DNA of 64,000 nt from Octopus vulgaris. Its lineage: Eukaryota. Positions within the stretch are counted from its first letter, which is position 1, and every line of letters begins with the position of its first letter. Shown here in pieces: positions 13,681-28,649 of this stretch. The position numbers and the translations under genes were made by a program. A model generated the notes under the pieces. It was not told the origin of the DNA. It was given only the letters and a program-made list of their open reading frames with translations, and did not search any database. The stretch lies in NCBI GenBank assembly GCA_951406725.2, contig OX597838.1, positions 5,270,001 through 5,334,000 of the forward strand. Direction: 5' to 3'.

Positions 13681-14591
13681 AAACACAATATTAGCCAACT
13701 ATATTTTACTCACTTTCTATAGTGCAACAACTGGGCGATTCTTCTATTAACTTCATAGAGATATTAGAACCTGGAAAGTAGCGTTTGCGAATCGAACTTA
13801 ACAGGAACACATGCATCCGAATTACTTATGTCAGTTCATATTACCCGACGTTCAAACCAAGTATCTTGTAAATTCTAGTTAGATATGGTGTTTTCAGTCA
13901 ATGATAATAAATAAGAATGTGTAGTTTCCACAAAACAATTTCACCGATAGGAGTATAGAGGCTTATAAAACAAAGAATGAAAGGAATCGCGTTCAAAAGA
14001 AACATTTTGTGAAAACTACTATAAGGTAGATAACACTGTATGAGGAGTTAGTGTTTTTTGAAGCAGGATAGGGCTAGTATATTTCTGAAGGCTGACAAAG
14101 GCAACAGGATGATGTAACTAAAATATGATTAACGTGGTGGAAAGATTTCTACGGTTTAGCAAGGGAAGCATTCTGTAGGACATTTTCCATGTTTTCTTTT
14201 TGTTTTTGTTTTTGTTTTTTTTTTGTTCACATTTCACATCAAAATATAAATGAATGAAGATATATGATTTAACCCGGGGGATTGTGAGGAATGAATTTCT
14301 GTTCGGATATCAATACGCATGCAAAAATAGACACACGCGCACGCCCTATATACATACAGATATCGAGTGGAGGTATGTAGGCGTACATACACACATACAC
14401 ACATAGCTATACACACGCACGCATGACTCTCTGTCTTCCCCCCTCTCTCTCTCTCTCTCTTTCACTACCTTTATTCACACACACACATTGACATCCGCAC
14501 ATACGCCCTCACGTACACATATAGATATACAGGCGCATAGATATGTACTCATATATATATGAGTACATATATATATATACTCATATAAATG

Positions 14592-14635
<44 letters not shown>

Positions 14636-14642
14636 TATGTTT

Positions 14643-14920
14643 GCGAGGACGGGCTGAAAAGTTCATAGGCTGACTGCAAAAAGAGTGATGCTAGAACAGT
14701 AAAATCTGGCACGCATTAATTTCAACTCTCTTTATTAATTAGTACATAGGTTCCTACTAGGAAAACTGACACCTGAATGTTGATAGAAGACTTCAAAAAT
14801 AACTACTAGTGACTTCTCTTGAAAATCTACAGAAGTTGGTATCGAGGCATCGTGGTGTTCTCAATGTAACTTCAGAAAAATGTCTTAAGCCCTACCAAGG
14901 ACATTTATGCTAAGGTTTGT
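14643..14920 (+). mobile_element. Mariner 5' remnant
   Basis: TIR-like CGAGGACGGGCTGAAAAGTTCATAGGCTGAC, followed by a decayed N-terminus (HRGVL..LQKK..PKDIYAK). Confidence 0.65.
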
Positions 14921-15071
14921 CCGTCTATCCATCAGTCCGTTCGTCCTTCTGTTTGTCTGTCTGTCTGTCTGTGTGTCTATGAATGTATTCCTCTATCTAT
15001 TTATGCATCTATGTATCTTTATATCAATCTGTATATAGATATATACACGTATATATCTTTATGTATGTATG

Positions 15072-15120
<49 letters not shown>

Positions 15121-15254
15121 GCATACATACATATATACATATATATGTATATATACCCATACATACATACATTTATACATATATATATATATATATATAT
15201 AAACACCCACACCGACACCTACACACGCACACACGCACACACACACACACACAA

Positions 15255-15311
<57 letters not shown>

Positions 15312-15632
15312 AAGAGGATAAGGCCATTATTGAAAATAACGGTCACATCAAGTGGGCAGCATGGAAAAAATAACCTTAGAGGTCATAATTATTATAGATA
15401 TATATTGATGTCATTAAAATCATAATTAAGGGTATCGAAGAGATCTCACCATTTCGGAAATATCAGTCAAAGCCTGACTCCAAAATAACATCAGCACAAG
15501 AGAAAAGATAAATGATCAAATAAAATAGCAAAAAATTCATGGATAATCCCAGATCAACGGTTTCTGCTTAAGTAATAATATTCTCTGCCTTCATCAGTGA
15601 GATATACCAAATTTAGTACATAATTGTAAATA

Positions 15633-16052
15633 GACGCAGAAGTGGCTGTGTGGTAAATAGCTTGTTTACCAACCACATGGTTCCGGGTTCAGTACCACTG
15701 CGTGGCACCTTGGGCAACTGTCTTCTGCTATGGCTCCAGGGCCGACCAATGCCTTGTGAGTGGATTTGGTAGGCGGAAACTGAAAGAAGCCTGTCGTATA
15801 TATGTATATATATGTATGTGTGTATGTGTGTGTGTTTGTGTGTGTGTGTTTGTTCTCCTAGCATTGCTTGACAACCGATGCTGGTGCGTTTATGTCCCCG
15901 TCACTTAGCGGTTCGGCAAAAAGAGACCGATAGAATAAGTACTGGGCTTACAAAAAAAGAATAAGTCCCGGGGTCGATTTGCTCGACTAAAGGCGGTGCT
16001 CCAGCATGGCCGCAGTCAAATGACTGAAACAAGTAAAAGAGTAAAAGAGTAT
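15633..16052 (+). mobile_element. CORE-type SINE group B, full length
   Basis: tRNA-like head, CORE-like GTGGCACCTTGGGCAA, internal (TA)/(TG)n, tail CAGCATGGCCGCAGTCAAATGACTGAAACAAG(TAAAAGAG)n. Confidence 0.9.
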
Positions 16053-16413
16053 GTATACACACAACATACGAATACAGATACCAATTCCTTTGTCCATCCT
16101 TCACCGTGTGCTCTCTGATGAAAAATATCAGCGCAGGGATTATAATGACGAAGCGAATATATATTTATTTATAAAGAAGATAAAAAACATTATATAAAAT
16201 AACGAATATATCAAGCGGCCATCTTGGAAAAGAAAAACTTATAGGTAATAATTATGTTAGATATATCATAATGTAACTAAATTTATAATTAAGGCTACCG
16301 AAGTGTTACCACTATGCCACTGATACACGCACGAACACGCACACACTCACACACATACACAGACACAAACACAGACACACAGACACGCACACATACACAC
16401 ACACACATACACA

Positions 16414-16459
<46 letters not shown>

Positions 16460-16461
16460 AC

Positions 16462-16681
16462 GGGCGGCGAGCTGGTAGAAACGTTAGCACGCCGGGCGAA
16501 ATTCGTAGCCGTATTTCGTCTGTCGTTGCGTTCCGAGTTCAAATTCCGCCGAGGTCGACTTTGCCTTTCATCCTTTCGGGGTCGATAAATTAAGTACCAG
16601 TTACGCACTGGGGTCGATGTAATCGACTTAATCCCTTTATCTGTCCCCTGTGTGTTTAGCCCCTTGTGGGTAGTAAAGAAA
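16462..16681 (+). mobile_element. SINE group A young copy
   Basis: Complete head, central domain and tail, in (TA)n. Confidence 0.9.
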
Positions 16682-16694
16682 TATATATATATAT

Positions 16695-16905
16695 ATAACG
16701 GGAAGCTTTATGAAAATAAACAAAAGACGAAGGCAGGTGGAGTACAAACAAACAATTGTATTAGTATGGCGCTCAGGAATATAAATAAAACAAGTCTTTT
16801 ACGTTTCGAGCCTACGCTCTTCAACAGAAAGATACACAGAAAAGAAACACGGAGAGAAACAAGGAGAGAGAAAAAATGCGTGCAGAAGTTAGCGATTCAA
16901 CATGA
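16695..16905 (-). mobile_element. Short Penelope-type (pLTR/retrozyme-like) element carrying a hammerhead motif
   Basis: Near-identical to 24274-24475 and similar to 29130-29320. Abuts (TA)n. Confidence 0.75.
16795..16832 (-). ncRNA. Minimal type I hammerhead ribozyme-like motif (A6U variant)
   Basis: TCTTT-CTGTTGA-A-GAGC(GTAG)GCTC-GAAA-CG-TA-AAAGA: stem I TCTTT/AAAGA, stem II GAGC/GCTC, GUA cleavage triplet. Confidence 0.65.
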
Positions 16906-17369
16906 TATTTACATATATATTTTGTTTATAAATTATAATCGACACAAATTAATGAATGACAGAAGGGCTTAGAGCTTCATGCTGGGGGACTTGACACGGA
17001 TATAGTTGGAATGCACGAATTATTTGGTTATTCAGTCACACCAATTTCTTATCATAATTAAAATTTAAAATATACATCAATAATCATATTCTTATGTTTA
17101 ATTTTCCTGTTGGTATCACCGAACAAATATGTATGAAGTTGTGTATGTATGTATGAATATAAGTATGAGCGTGTGTGTGTGTTTGTGTGTGTGTATTTAT
17201 CTATGTGCGTGTGCATATATGTGTATGAACCAAAATTCTGTTCAATAAGAATGCCTCTATTTAGATATTTACTTTATTTTTCATCAGATGTCTAGTTGAA
17301 TGAATGACAGCGGAATTCAATTTATCTGTCAATGTCAAATTTTCTATCAAAAGATGTTTATCAGCCACC

Positions 17370-17500
17370 TTTTTTTGTGGGCGTGGGAGGGCATTATATA
17401 TGACTCACTTATAACACAATTTTCGGCCAATCGCATGTAGACACGTCACCTATACAACGCTCTTCTTTTAGTCACGATTATCTTGTGAAAAGCTTAGTTT
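17370..17500 (+). promoter_or_regulatory. Candidate promoter/enhancer motif cluster
   Basis: GGGCGTGG, TGACTCA, GGCCAATCG, ACGTCA and TATACAA within about 80 bp of unique sequence. Confidence 0.3.
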
Positions 17501-18070
17501 CCTGAGTTTAGACGAGACTATACACTCTTAAGACAGTGACTTCTAATTTTCGTATACAGACAAATACACGTCACATACAAACGTTTTAAGCCACGTTCAT
17601 GCATTCACTCGTTGACACCATACTTTTATACCTCCTGTTGATTTCATATAAAAGATATCTATTTCTGATAATCCTTCCGCATTTTCATCTCATTGTTTCT
17701 TTTTTCAATGCTCATTTCTAAGAATTGGTCTATGGTTTTATTTCAACATTACATTCTGCAATGTACATACGAATTTCTACTGCGCTGTTTTACATTGAGC
17801 GAAGACACAGAAATAGACATAAGCTATTAATTACATCAGCGTTACATGTGCAAAATGGCAGAGCCGTTAGCACTGCGCACAAGATGCTTAGCAGAATTTC
17901 TTTCGTGTTATCGCTCTAAGTTCATACTCCACCCAGGAGGAGTTTCCCTTCTACCCTTTTAGGCTCGATACCAGTCTTAAAATGAGTTCTATGTAATTGG
18001 TTGTAATTGCCAATATTATTATTATTATTATTATTATTATCATTATTAGTATTATTATTAGTATTATTAT

Positions 18071-18277
18071 TCAGTAGTTTTATTTTTATAGCGTGCTTTC
18101 ACTTCACTACCGAGCGCAGCTCTGTGTGCCTTGGGTATGTGCTGTGATTTGTTGTGATGCTCTGATGGTTATTGTATGGAAAGTGTTCTGCGTAGGATGT
18201 GTGCAGTGCCTAGTAGTGCAATTTTCTGTATGTTATATGTGTTTGTAAGTCATGGTGTTTTTGTTATGTATTTGTCT

Positions 18278-18278
<1 letters not shown>
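18071..18278 (-). mobile_element. Dong/R4-clade (RLE) LINE 3' end in (TAA)n
   Basis: Minus translation ..TYNIQKIALLGTAHILRRTLSIQ* matches the R4/Dong C-terminus. A short 3' UTR follows, and both sides are (TTA)n, the known Dong target. Confidence 0.85.
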
Positions 18279-18353
<75 letters not shown>

Positions 18354-19403
18354 CATCATAAAGAGAGGTTTTGTGGAAATTTTCCGGCTTTACGTTTTGA
18401 GTGTAATGTAGACGAAGTTCAGTTTGATTTTCATGGTTTGGATTGCGATGAAAAAACATTAAAGAGGGCGCAAAGAACGAATCGTTACTGCGCCCTATAA
18501 AGGCTTAGGACATTTTGTGAGGCCTGAATCCAATGGTCAGATGCTACCTATCCGGACTGTGCAATTCATCTTTTCGTTACCGATACCAGAAACAAGTATG
18601 AAGCGCTGTGGTGGATAAAATCAACTTGACTTACCCTAAATTTCAATCCTTGTGCGTATGCAGTAAGTATTATTTCTATTCAAACTTTTCCTTGTTACAT
18701 ATTGTCATAGATTTCACTGTGGACAACACTTGTGCACGATTCTTGTAGACATACTATATTTTCTACTTAATAAACACAGAAAAAAATTGTTATGTTTTTG
18801 TTGAGACAGAAAAAAAAAGAATATATTCAGACATCTCTCGCTTTATAAGTAATTGATTTTGAAACATCTAACAATTGTATCGTACATATCATACCGATCG
18901 AATATTATTCGGAAACCTTCTGATATTTGCAACTTGTAGCCAAGAAAGGAAACTAGAAGATATCTCATGTAAAAACTATAAATACCAGATATTAACAAAA
19001 AAAAAAAGAGAAATTTGTCTGATATTATTTCGTTAAGATGGCGTCATCGTGTTTTGAAGAGTCGAAGGAAGTATTCACATATACACATATACACACAAAG
19101 AAGCATAGACATTTCTATATATATATATATATATATATATGCACATACACACACACACGCGCACGCACACACACATACATACATATATACATACATATAT
19201 GTGAATGTCTATGTAGGTATGTATCTATCTTTCCATCAGTCTATCTATCTATCTATCTGTCTATCTACCAATCTATCTATCTATACATCTATGTCTCTCT
19301 CACCTCTCTCTCTCTGTATGTATATATACATACATATATATATATATACATACATACATACATACATAGAGATATATGTATGTATATTCATATATATATA
19401 CAT

Positions 19404-19452
<49 letters not shown>

Positions 19453-19481
19453 CATACATAGAGATATATGTATGTATATTG

Positions 19482-19586
<105 letters not shown>

Positions 19587-20014
19587 GCGTTTTCCTGTGT
19601 GCGAGTTTGAGTGCGCGCATGTGCGCGTGTGCTTGAACGTGTGTTTAAAACATGCAAAAATACAGTGTTATGCTTGATGTGCATATATGAAAATTCTGTG
19701 CGAAATAAAAAAAAGACATAATACAAAATAAATCTATATATGTGAAGAAAGAATTTCGTGTCCTAACGCAAAAAAAAAAATATTATATTCAAAACTTTTT
19801 GGCTTCTGCCGTGTTAGTTGTCTGACAATAATATCAGTAATAGATATTTCTCACGCTGGTGCCTAACACCATTTTAAGGCCTCACCATTTCCACTCCTAA
19901 TCAAATTTGGCTTCCTTGAAACACTGGAGTCTGTCTGCCATATATAATATCTCAAAAGAAATCTAAATAAACATTTGATATTTTCCAGTTCCATTCAAGT
20001 TCTGAAAAAAGCAA

Positions 20015-20797
<783 letters not shown>

Positions 20798-21148
20798 ATG
20801 AGATATATATATACAAACAATAATAAATTAACAAACGATGATCGAAGTCATAAAGCAAGAAGGAAACCTCGTTACTGTGAAAGTGATTTACTGTCCGTTC
20901 TCTTCGTCTTAGTTTTCTTCGGTTTTTTTTTTCATTCATCCTTCATTCTGCCACTCTAAATTTACTTGTCATTTCTATATATTACTGTCTTTAGCTTTTT
21001 TTTTTATTCTTCTGTTTCCTCCCTCTGTCATTCACTAAATAGCTCTCTATATTTTGTGTTTTTTTTTTCCATTTCATGAATCAATTCTGAAGTCATATAT
21101 ATTATCTGTCTCTCTCTCTGTCTCTCTCTGTCTCTCTGTCTCTCTCTC

Positions 21149-21490
<342 letters not shown>

Positions 21491-22159
21491 TATATATATA
21501 TATACATACTCACACACACACATATATACACACATATAAATGTACATGTATATACACACAAACACGCCCACGCACACTTGGGCGCACGCACACATATATT
21601 TTATTCATATATACATCTGCGCTTATTGTAAGCTCTTGCCATGAACCACCAACTACTGGGCATTGCGGTGAACATATTGGCATAATGTAGCATATTGTAT
21701 TTAGAGAATTTCAGGCTGTTGAAGTACATTGTGCAAAAACCTAAAAAAAAAAAAAAAAAAACATTCCAACGAAACTTTCAATTTTGCTCAGCAAGTAGCA
21801 AGGTAATGAAGCTATCAATAATTGTAACGGTGATGTCCCACGGATAACACTCATTTTATTCAATATTACAACACGTATTGACAGCTGAGAAGATGTGTCT
21901 ATTTACCGGAGGATTCCACTGACGAGCGATATTGCTTATTAACGATTTAAAGCCACGAATCATATCTGTCTCTCTCTCTCTCTCTCTGCTACTTTGCTCA
22001 TATCCTTCCTACCTGGCCATTCAGATTTTCTAAGATGGGCGAAAGGAAATGATGAGGACTAAAAAAATAAGCAAGATTAATAAGTGTATTGCAAAATGAA
22101 TGCCGCAAACTGCCATTCTATATATATTTTCTCGTTGTGAGTCTATTTGCTTTTGTGAG

Positions 22160-22573
22160 TCTCTCTTTACTCTCTCTTTTACTTGTTTCAGTCATTTGAC
22201 TGCGGCCATGCTGGAGCACCGCCTTTAGTCGAGCAACTCGACTCCGGGACTTATTCTTTTTTTTTTGTAAGCCCAGTACTTATTCTATCGGTCTCTTTTT
22301 GCCGAACCGCTAAGTGACGGGGACGTAAACACACCAGCATCGGTTGTCAAGCAATGCTAGGGGAACAAACACAGACACACAAACACACACACATACATAT
22401 ATATATATACATATATACGACAGGCTTCTTTCAGTTTCCGTCTACCAAATCCACTCACAAGGTATTGGTCGGCCCGGGGCTATAGCAGAAGACACTTGCC
22501 CACACAGTGGGACTGAACCCGGAACCATGTGGTTGGTTAGCAAGCTACTTACGACACAGCCAGTCCTGCGCCT
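22160..22573 (-). mobile_element. CORE-type SINE group B, near full length
   Basis: Reverse complement of 15633-16052 with a small deletion in the CORE region. Confidence 0.9.
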
Positions 22574-22844
22574 ATGCTTTTGTCTATATGTTTTTGTTTA
22601 AATAAAATTGAACTAAACAGACATTTAAAATAAAAATTCGCAAGTGCATTTATTATTTAGAAATTTCTGACGATGGGCCGGAAAAATCGTTAACAAACCG
22701 GACAAATTGCTGAACTGCATTTATTCCATGTTCGTATTGTTCCACGGTCAATTCTTCCTTTCATCCTTTCGAGGTCAATAAAATACGTAACATTTGACCT
22801 TTAGGATGGACATTATCAACTGGCACGTGTTCAACAATTGTTAT

Positions 22845-23115
22845 GGAATTTGAACTGAGAACGTAGCGATGGGCGAAATACCTATTTCTTTATTACCCAC
22901 AAGGGGCTAAACACAGAGGGGACAAACAAGGACAGACATAGGTATTAAGTCGATTACATCGACCTCAGTGCGTAACTGGTACTTAATTTATCGACCCCGA
23001 AAGGATGAAAGGCAAAGTCGACCTCGGCGGAATTTGAACTCACAACGTAACGCAGACGAAATACCCCTAAGCATTTCGTCGAACGTCTTACTGACTTTGC
23101 CAGCTCGCTGCCTTC
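22845..23115 (-). mobile_element. SINE group A nested pair
   Basis: Tail AAAGAAATA runs into GGTATTTCG...CAGTTCAAATTCC of an older copy. Confidence 0.85.
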
Positions 23116-23179
23116 ACATAAAAAAAAAATAAATAAATAACAATAAAAAAATAGTAATGGTTATAATCACCACTAGTAT

Positions 23180-23378
23180 TGACACAAGGCCTGAAAATTG
23201 CGGGGAGAGTAATTCGATGATATTGACTCAAGTGCATTACTGGTATTTAACTTGTTGACCGCGAAAGCATTAAAGGCAAAGTCGACCTCGGGAGAATTTG
23301 AACCCAGAACGTAAAGACGGACGAAATGCCGCTGAACACTTTGTCCGTCGTGCTAACAATTCTGACAGTTCACTGCCA
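23180..23378 (-). mobile_element. SINE group A, old copy
   Basis: Diverged head and central domain with the short tail. Confidence 0.75.
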
Positions 23379-23477
23379 TCTAGCTAGTAATAATAATAAT
23401 GATGATGATGATGATAATAATAATAATAATAGTAGTAATGATGATAATAATAATATTAATATTAATAATAATAATAA

Positions 23478-23530
<53 letters not shown>

Positions 23531-24245
23531 ATAATAATAATAATAAATATATTGATAATTACAATAGCAGCGACAACAATATATCACGGTAATATCGCTG
23601 AATTATTACATCACAGCATAGAGTAATGGAAGAGAAATTCGACTGCAATGGGAAACTGAAGAATTCCAATGCCTGGAGGGATGAAACTTAATACTATAAT
23701 GCATTTACGTCATCGCCGTATCATTTCTTTGTCTTTGTAAATGCTTTCTCGATTCTTTCTTGTTTTTATTCCGATGTTTCAATTTGGTAAAGGTGTTGGA
23801 GTTGCCTAGTGACTGTTATAGATTGATGCTACGTGGTTAGTGAATAATAAATAGAGACTGAGGTTGAAAGAGTTCGATTCTCTGGCTTACAGGGGAAGAA
23901 TTCATAACGATAAACGATAAATGATAACTGAATCACTGGTTTTTAATCTGCTACCGATGAGAACTATATTAATCCCGAATTACATCTGTCTTCGATTTTG
24001 GTAGAAACACAACTCTGACTGTTCTTATGTTTTCTTGTCATCATATACAGATGTGGATGTCTGGTGAGTAAATTGCTTAGCAGCCATGTGGTTCCGTGTT
24101 CAGACTCATCCCGTGAGGGTTTCAGCAAGTGTCTTCTATTGTAGTCTCCGGCCAACTATAGACTTGTGAAGGGGTTTCGTAAATGGAAAGCAAGTACGAG
24201 GTGTATGTACATATATATATATATAAACAAGTAAAAGAATAATTT

Positions 24246-24273
<28 letters not shown>

Positions 24274-24276
<3 letters not shown>

Positions 24277-24475
24277 ACGGGAAGGTTTACGAAAATAAAC
24301 AAAAGACGAAGGCAGGTGGAGTACAAACAAACAAATGTATTAGTAAGGCGCTCAAGAATAGAAATAAAACAAGTCTTTTACGTTTCGAGCCTACGCTCTT
24401 CAACAGAAAGATACACAGAAAAAAAACAAGGAGAGAAACAAGGAGAGAAAAAAATGCGTGTAGGAGCTAACGATG
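24274..24475 (-). mobile_element. Short Penelope-type element with hammerhead motif (24374-24411)
   Basis: 38-nt motif identical to 16795-16832. Confidence 0.75.
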
Positions 24476-24852
24476 TGCACAGACATACACATACGCATGC
24501 ACGCAGACATATAATGTTATGCATGAGGGTGGATATTTTTTGCCAATTAAGCACACACTGTTTATTTGATCTTCATTTAAGTTTATTAATATTATCTTGT
24601 TTTAACTTACTTGTCCTTCAAAATTCTTTCATCAAACATCTTGGCATCCCTTCAACGGATCCCTCCCATGTGCATTCTATGTATATATATATGTGCACAC
24701 ACATACACACTCCCGTAGTAGGGATAGCAGTCTACTATAGTGATTCTAGAAACGGTCATGGGGCGGTTATCTCTCCTCTCCACGTGTTTGTGTATGTGCA
24801 TATGTATATATATATATATAACTAACTAACTGACTAACTAACTAACTAACTA

Positions 24853-24907
<55 letters not shown>

Positions 24908-25751
24908 TATCTTACAATATTTAAAGTCGTTACCTCTTATCTCTAACAATATATGTGCTTCGCACCCTCAGTCACATTTAATGGTTGCGAAGCAATTTTC
25001 TTATCACACATTGTGTATGATGACAAGAAAACGTAAAATATGAGATAGACCTGTTAGAAATAATAGCCATATTTGGCATAAATCAAAACTTACTCTTTTG
25101 AACCTTGTTAAATATATATAAAAAAAAACAGGACTTAGTAACTAACTTTCATGTCTCTGTTTCGAAAAGGATGGATGATAATGGCTTGAATTTCGCTGAC
25201 CAGAAATGTACTTCCTACAACCTGAATCAGGATTATACCACTACAACGAAAAGAGGAACCGCATGACAAGCCACTCAATTTCGATAATAATCTTCTGTAT
25301 ACACGCATCACGACAATGCTAAATCCACCGGCAGTTGCAATTGAAGACTATCTCAGCTGATGTTATAACATGTGTTTCATGGTTGGATGCTCACGGATCT
25401 CTTGTCACTCCAGCTTTCGGAAATGCAGGGAAACATTCACTGACTCATTGAAACACGACTTCAACATAATTTTCCAATGAAATACTGATTTGCAAATGTA
25501 TAAAATATACAACAGAAAATATCATTACAGGCACTGTCAAGAGAAACTGCTATAAATAATTGATTTTGTGGTGTTGGATTGTTACAGGGGTCGTTAGAGA
25601 TACTAAATAACTTCTCATAGAGCGTCGCTGAAAACAGAGAATATTGAAGTTAATAATCCGTGATTATTAACTCGCTCTTTTGCCGTTCGTCTATTTCACC
25701 ATCTCTCTTTTGTCTTGTCGTTCGAAATATGCACAAATACATATGTGGGGA

Positions 25752-26130
25752 AGCACTCCGTCGGTTACGACAACGAGGGTTCCGGTTAATCCGATCAACG
25801 GAACAGCCTGCTTGTGAAATTAACGTGTAAGTGGCTGAGCACTCCACAGACACGTGCACCCTTAACGTAGTTCTCGGGGATATTCAGCGTGACACAGAGA
25901 GTGAGAAGGCCGGCCCTTTGAAATACAGGTACAACAGAAACAGCAAGTAAGAGTGAGAGAAAGTTGTGGTGAAAGAGTACAACAGGGATCGCCACCACCC
26001 TCTGCCGGAGCCTCGTGGAGCTTTAGGTGTTTTCGCTCAATAAACACTCACAACTCCCGGTCTGGGAATCGAAACTGCGATCCTACGACAGCGAGTCCGC
26101 TGCCCTAACCACTGGGACATTGCGCCTCCA
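25752..26130 (-). mobile_element. SINE group C (head C plus tail Y)
   Basis: Head as in 13341-13680. Tail ..CTGTGGAGTGCTCAGCCACTT..GTCGTAACCGACGGAGTGC. Confidence 0.88.
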
Positions 26131-26192
26131 CCAAATAAATATAGACGAATACACACATACGCACACACGTATGAGTATGCATGCATATAAAT

Positions 26193-26233
<41 letters not shown>

Positions 26234-26234
<1 letters not shown>

Positions 26235-26490
26235 CGGGGAACCCCGCCCAAAACCCCGGAATTTTGCCGTGTTATTTCATTCACTTCGTTTTACAGGTTT
26301 ACACTTTTATCGTCTTCAAATTATTCGATGTAGCGTTGAAACGCTTGCAAAATGATGCCTTTTGATGCCTCCGTTTTGTTTCCTACAAACGACTCTGTAG
26401 TTACAGTAAAATGGATCCAAACGCATATAATCTTGAGCGCTGGATAAATATCAATTCTTGTATTCGGTTTCGGAGTACAACAGCGTCTTT
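26234..26490 (+). mobile_element. Mariner 5' remnant
   Basis: TIR-like CGGGG..CCCAAAACCCCGG next to (TA)n. MDPNAYNLERWININSCIRF resembles the mariner 'LEQRINIKFC' motif. Confidence 0.55.
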
Positions 26491-27237
26491 TACATAAAAG
26501 TGTGTTCGATAAATATAAATAATAACTGCACGCATTTTATGCTTTATAAAGGTTTTGGCATTTGCCAAATAGCTTCATTGCACAGTATTCCGAGTAAAAT
26601 CGAGATTGTTTTTTTTATTATAAAACCTATTCGATTATCTGATTTGTCATAATTCATTTAACACCTAATTAATACTTTTATAACTATAACCTATAACCGG
26701 AGTAATATTAATAACAATTACCTTATTTTCGTTGTTGAGTTGTTCTCTAAGATTTTCCCGGAACCGTTTCCTTCAATACTGCGTGTTTTATACAGTCTAG
26801 TTCATTAATTCCTAATTATGTGTACGTCCGTGATTATTCTAATTAACTTTTATGTGTCTAATATAATTTTATTGTGTTAATGTTGTTTGTTTTTCTTTTC
26901 TTCTGAATTTCCTTTCTTCGGGGCCTCCTTAATACATTTCCCCATTCCACTATCATATTTCCGTTCCAATTTCCCTCATTCATCTTTATAATGCTTGTAA
27001 CAATGCTTTCGGTAATTGTTTTCATTTAGAACGTCCTCCTTCCGTTTAACCTTATAAAGGATTTTTTTTATCGTCTTCTTAACAATTTCATACACAGCCG
27101 CACTCGTTTAGCAGCCTTACCAAAAGAAAACTAAAAGAAACAAAAAAAGACCACAGCTGTAAGAAATCCAGAGGGGAATTTCCTTTTTTTTAGTTTTTAT
27201 ATTTGATTGCACGAAAACGCTTTACATGTTTATGCGA

Positions 27238-27530
27238 AGAGGCGCAATGGCCTGGCGGTTAGGGCAGTGGACTCGCGGTCGTAAGATCGGCAGTGGGTGG
27301 TGGTGAACCCTGCTCTACTCTTTCACAACTTTCTCTCATTCTTTCTTCCTGTCTCTGCGGTGCCGGTATTTCAAAGAGCCAACCTTGTTGCGCTGAATCT
27401 CCCCGAGAAATACGTTAAGAGTACACGTGTCTGTGGAGTACTCAGCCACTTTCCCGGTGATTTCACAAGCAAGCCGTTCCGTTGATCGGATCAACTGTAA
27501 CCCTCGGCGTCGTAACCGACGGAGTGCTAC
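27238..27530 (+). mobile_element. SINE group C (head C plus tail Y), internally deleted
   Basis: Homologous to 25752-26130. Confidence 0.8.
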
Positions 27531-28087
27531 ATGCTTATGCGTGTATTTGTTTTTCTGTTGACTAAACTCAGGTTATTGGCACTAATTTCTTCGTGGCTAT
27601 TATTTTCAATCAAAATTTACGAATCAGAAACTCAAAAAGAAAATCCTTTGAGATAAGCAGAAGTTTTCTTATTCAGAAATTTTATGTTTCATCATAGTTT
27701 CGCTCACTAATTTTATGTTTTAGGTCATTTGCTAAACATTAGGTTAGTACACGACCTTAACACTAATACGATCGTTTCCACCGACCAGTCTCCTAAAGTA
27801 GGATCGGATTGATTTACACTTTAGTTGGCCATCTACGATTTAAGGAATATTTACTGTTAGGCAGAAAGAGTAAGAGTCTTCTTTCATTTTCTTTTCGGTT
27901 TCATCAGTTTTCGTGATAAAAATATAGGAAAACCAATTTTGGCTTCTTTCTTGCAAAGAACATCTATTCATTCTTTAATCAAACGAAATAGAAAAATATT
28001 AGCCTCAGGAAGGCCTGTCTTTAATTCTTAAATATTGACTACAATAAGAAAAGAAATTAATATTAGTTTCATGGATGTTTACAGTAA

Positions 28088-28420
28088 GGACGCATGGCTC
28101 AATGATTTGAGCGTTGAGCTCATAATCATGAGGTAGTGAGTTCGATCCCCAGACCGGGCACTGGGTTGTTTTCTTCAGCAAGATACTTTTATTTCAGGAT
28201 GCTCCAATTTACCCAGCTGTAGAAATGAGTTGTGACGTCACTGGTGCCAAGCTGTATCGGCCCCTGTGCCTTTCCCTTGGATAACATCAGCGGTATGGAG
28301 AGGGGAGGCTGCTATGCATGGGATATTGCTGGACTTCCGTAACCAAACTTTCCCGAACTTGTTGTTCGGAGGGTAACTTTCAAGGTAAGAACACATTGTT
28401 ATTCATGACCGAAGGGGTCT
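28088..28420 (+). mobile_element. CORE-type SINE group D (head D plus tail Z)
   Basis: Homologous to 39110-39444. Confidence 0.85.
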
Positions 28421-28649
28421 TTTCTCTTTAACCTATTTATATGCATCGCATTCATGGATCTCAAAAGCGCATTGAACACATCACTAATTGGAGAAAGGAA
28501 GGCAAAAATTCATATCTTATTCATGTATGAGAATGTATCAATTACTATACAGCAATATTTAGTAATACTGAAGGTAACAAAAGTAATTGAAATAAAATAC
28601 AGGTATGCGAAAATATCAATCTACATGATTGTATATATGCATTTATTCG

